Origin: Chthonomonadales bacterium
GTDB taxonomy: Bacteria > Armatimonadota > Chthonomonadetes > Chthonomonadales > CAJBBX01
Assembly: GCA_037442185.1 (NCBI GenBank)
Contig: JBBIQU010000001.1
Span: 4,062-68,061, forward strand
Reading direction: 5' to 3'
Length of the DNA stretch: 64,000 nucleotides
How positions within the stretch are numbered: position 1 is the stretch's first letter; each line of letters starts with the position of its first letter. The notes beneath the pieces were generated by a model. It saw only the letters and a list, made by a program, of their open reading frames with translations, did not search any database and was not told the DNA's origin. Positions 61,498 through 64,000 of this stretch are shown here, in pieces. The position numbers and the translations under genes were made by a program.

Positions 61498-62790
61498 ATG
61501 ACCGAAAACGAAGCCCGTAACATACTTGAACAGGCCATGAAGAATGCGAGGGCCGATCATACGACCCTCGTGTTGTCCGGATCCAAGGAGGCTTCGACAC
61601 GATTCGCCAACAATGCGATCACCCAGAACGTCTCGAAGGCCGATACGACGCTGACCGTCGAAGCGGCCTTCGACAACAAGGTCGGAGTCGCCAGGATCAA
61701 CCAGATGAACTCCGAGGCCGTTGCCGACGCCGTTCGCCGCGCAGAGGAGATCGCTCGCAACGCCGCCCCGAACACCGAGTACATGCCGCCAATCGAGCCG
61801 TGCTCGCTTTCGGAAATCGCCGCCTGGGATGAGCCGACTGCCAATGCCGACCCTGAGACACGCGCATCAGGCATCGTCGCCGCGATAGCCGTTGCCGAAC
61901 AGGCAGGCACCGTTGCTGCCGGTAGCTTCGCGACGGAATCGGGGTTCACCGCAATGCTCAATAATCGGGGCATGTTCGCCTACCACAGGCGTACCGACGC
62001 GCGATTCGTGTGTACGGCAATCACCGACACCAGCTCCGGCTGGGCCGAGCGCTCCTCAATCGCGGTGGCCGATGTGTCGCCGGCAGCGGTCGCGGAACGA
62101 GCGGTAGGCAAGGCTGTCGCTGCGCGCAGTCCGCGGGAGCTGGAGGCCCGCCCGTATACGGTGATCCTCGAACCCGCCGCCATCGCAGAACTCCTTGCGT
62201 TCTTCGCGTGGTCGCTCGACGCTAAGGCGGCCGACGAAGGACGCAGCGCGCTGTCGGGCAAACTCGGGGAGACCATCGGTGTGCCCGATCTGACCATCGT
62301 GAGCGACCCATACCGGGCCGAGTGCCCGGCGGCGCCGTTCATCGAAGACGGCATGCCGGCTCCGACCGTCACCTGGGTGCGGAATGGAGTGCTGAGCAAC
62401 CTGAGCCACTCGCGCTACTGGGCGCAGAAATCCGGACGGACGTTCACAGGACGGCCGACCAATCTCATCATGGACGGCGCCGACTCGTCGTTTCAGCGGC
62501 TCATATCCCAGACATCCGCCGGACTGCTTGTGACACGCTTCTGGTACATACGCTTCGTGGACCCGATGAAGCTGCTGCTCACCGGCATGACCCGCGACGG
62601 ACTGTTTGAGATACGCGACGGCGAGATCATCGGCGGCGTGAAGAACATGCGGTTCAACGAGAGCCCGCTGCGCGTGTTCCAGAACATCGTCGGAATCGGA
62701 TCACAGGAACCGGCAACCGGTTACGCGCGTTGCCTCGTGCCGCCCGTCAAGGTGGATAACTTCGCTTTCTCAAGCGACACCGCGTTCTGA
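61498..62790 (+). CDS. TldD/PmbA-family metalloprotease
   Basis: 430 aa with an AAGGGAG SD. The family-typical C-terminal block is LLVTRFWYIRFVDPMKLLLTGMTRDGLFEIRDGEI..GVKNMRFNESP. Confidence 0.8.
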   Translation: MTENEARNILEQAMKNARADHTTLVLSGSKEASTRFANNAITQNVSKADTTLTVEAAFDNKVGVARINQMNSEAVADAVRRAEEIARNAAPNTEYMPPIEPCSLSEIAAWDEPTANADPETRASGIVAAIAVAEQAGTVAAGSFATESGFTAMLNNRGMFAYHRRTDARFVCTAITDTSSGWAERSSIAVADVSPAAVAERAVGKAVAARSPRELEARPYTVILEPAAIAELLAFFAWSLDAKAADEGRSALSGKLGETIGVPDLTIVSDPYRAECPAAPFIEDGMPAPTVTWVRNGVLSNLSHSRYWAQKSGRTFTGRPTNLIMDGADSSFQRLISQTSAGLLVTRFWYIRFVDPMKLLLTGMTRDGLFEIRDGEIIGGVKNMRFNESPLRVFQNIVGIGSQEPATGYARCLVPPVKVDNFAFSSDTAF

Positions 62791-62841
62791 GCAAGCATCC
62801 AGTCGGCGCCCGTCAACGCAACGCAGGCTGCACCGGTAGAC

Positions 62842-62863
62842 GTAGCGCAGGCGTCCCGCCTGC
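62842..62863. repeat. REP-like palindromic element copy 4 (one loop substitution: gtagcgcaggcgtcCcgcctgc)
   Basis: 21 of 22 nt match copies 1-3. The stem is intact and the single difference is in the loop. It is intergenic, between the TldD/PmbA gene and the anti-sigma gene. Confidence 0.8.
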
Positions 62864-62888
62864 AAAGGCCGACGTATAGCACCCGCCC

Positions 62889-63407
62889 CTAACGCGTAGC
62901 CGCAACCGGCGCGTCCCGGCGGATGGCATCCATTGCCTCAACCCCTAGGTTCCGACCGGTTGGTCCCGATCCGGCGATCGAGGAGTTGGTGCGGATCAGC
63001 GATGTGGCGAAGAGCGCCAGCCACACGACCGCCGCCACCGCCACGGCGACCGACGCTGCGCGCGCAGGGCTGCTCAAGAGCCGGCGCAACGCAGGGACCC
63101 ACAGGGCCGGCCCCATCGCCTCACGCCCATAAACTGCACCGTCGTTGCGAATGGGAGAGACGACGCACTCCCGCGCATTCGGCCAGGTTTCGCGCAACGA
63201 GCGGAACTGGAGCTCGACGGAGTTCCACGCCGTGATGTAGGACCGGCATGCCTGGCAATCACGCACGTGCTCGGCGACCTCCGCCGGCATGGGGACTGCC
63301 GAACGAGCATCGAGCCACTCGTCTATGGCACGCCGCAAACGGCGGCACGAACGGTCAGCTGGTTCCATGGGGCGCAAGGTCACAGTCGGTCCGCCAGCGC
63401 GGCGCAT
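62889..63407 (-). CDS. Anti-sigma factor (zf-HC2 type, single TM)
   Basis: H..C..C motif (VAEHVRDCQACRSY) preceded by CRRLRRAIDEWLD. The central TM is SVAVAVAAVVWLALFATSLI. It overlaps the upstream ECF sigma stop. An alternative start is the ATG at 63368. Confidence 0.7.
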   Translation of the reverse strand: MRRAGGPTVTLRPMEPADRSCRRLRRAIDEWLDARSAVPMPAEVAEHVRDCQACRSYITAWNSVELQFRSLRETWPNARECVVSPIRNDGAVYGREAMGPALWVPALRRLLSSPARAASVAVAVAAVVWLALFATSLIRTNSSIAGSGPTGRNLGVEAMDAIRRDAPVAATR

Positions 63408-63982
63408 AGTTTCGCTCGTCCTCGGTGGAGGCGCACCTTGACGGCGCTGGCGGTCAATCCCAACGCTCGCCCGGTCTCCTCGACCGACATATCCTCGAAA
63501 TAGAACAAGACCATGACTTCGCGGTACCGCTCCGGCAATGATGAAACCGCATCGCGCACTATGCGGTTACGATCGTTGGCGGCGAGCGTCCGTTGCGGAT
63601 CGCCCGAGTCCGCCGGAGCAGGTAGGCCTGCGCCGGCTTCGAGAGGCTGCGACTGCGGAGGTCGGCCACGGAGCTTTCGCCGACACTCGTTGAGGGCGAT
63701 GCGATAGATCCAACTCGAGAAAAACCCGCCCGGCTTGTAGCGCGTCAGCCCTCGATAGGCGCGAAGGAAAGTAGCCTGAACAACGTCCTCCGCATCGCAT
63801 GGGTCTTTAACCATGCGCAGGCTGAATCGCAGCAAGCGCAGCTGGTAACGACGAACCAGAAGGTCGAAGGCGGCCCGGTCACCCTCGCGCGCACTGACAG
63901 CCAGGCGGTCCTCGTATTCGCTGACCCGCCCGGATGCCTCGCCACCGGCCTCATGCCGGACAGCCGCAAGTTCATATGCCAT
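63380..63982 (-). CDS. ECF (group 4) RNA polymerase sigma factor
   Basis: Region 2 is FDLLVRRYQLRLLRFSLRMVKDPCDAEDVVQATFLRAYRGL...FSSWIYRIALNECRR. Region 4 is REVMVLFYFEDMSVEETGRALGLTASAVKVRLHRGRAKL. Confidence 0.9.
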   Translation of the reverse strand: MAYELAAVRHEAGGEASGRVSEYEDRLAVSAREGDRAAFDLLVRRYQLRLLRFSLRMVKDPCDAEDVVQATFLRAYRGLTRYKPGGFFSSWIYRIALNECRRKLRGRPPQSQPLEAGAGLPAPADSGDPQRTLAANDRNRIVRDAVSSLPERYREVMVLFYFEDMSVEETGRALGLTASAVKVRLHRGRAKLCAALADRL

Positions 63983-64000
63983 CGCGCATCGCTCCGGTGA

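Overview
GC-rich (about 60-65% by eye) bacterial chromosomal window. It is densely coded, and many neighbouring genes have 4-nt start/stop overlaps. Most of it is housekeeping backbone: der, glnE, plsY, trxB, holB, tRNA-Lys(UUU), rpoB-rpoC, nrdR-nrdJ, leuS, asnS, comEA, a TldD/PmbA protease and an ECF sigma/anti-sigma pair. Between these lie envelope and glycan-related accessory genes: a GH36-like hydrolase, a beta-propeller/phosphoesterase fusion, ChaN, a 1518-aa discoidin/propeller/CxxCH protein, a prepilin-type H-X9-DG (DUF1559-like) protein, a GH172/DUF2961-like protein and a DUF4855-like protein. This gene content suggests an Armatimonadota- or PVC-like lineage, but that is a low-confidence inference. 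The best candidate for an undescribed system is a tightly packed minus-strand cluster at about 38.5-50.0 kb. It encodes a 1650-aa fusion of a degenerate M28/PA-like ectodomain with a MacB/FtsX-type permease, a 679-aa polytopic (possibly OPT-like) membrane protein, two membrane-anchored H-X9-DG-like proteins that lack prepilin leaders, a 340-aa unknown, a PqqD-like (RRE-type) protein, a minimal FtsX permease and a MacB/LolD-type ATPase. Other notable signals: a 22-nt palindromic REP-like element in four intergenic copies, a phased alternating tandem repeat between glnE and plsY, a CxxC...CxxC insertion plus two large insertions in RpoB, and a sigma70-like promoter overlapped by an NrdR box upstream of nrdR-nrdJ. 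I saw no CRISPR array, integrase, transposase or recognisable defence system. All family assignments come from reading motifs by eye and need HMM or BLAST confirmation. The many long antisense ORFs in the track are treated as GC-driven shadow ORFs.
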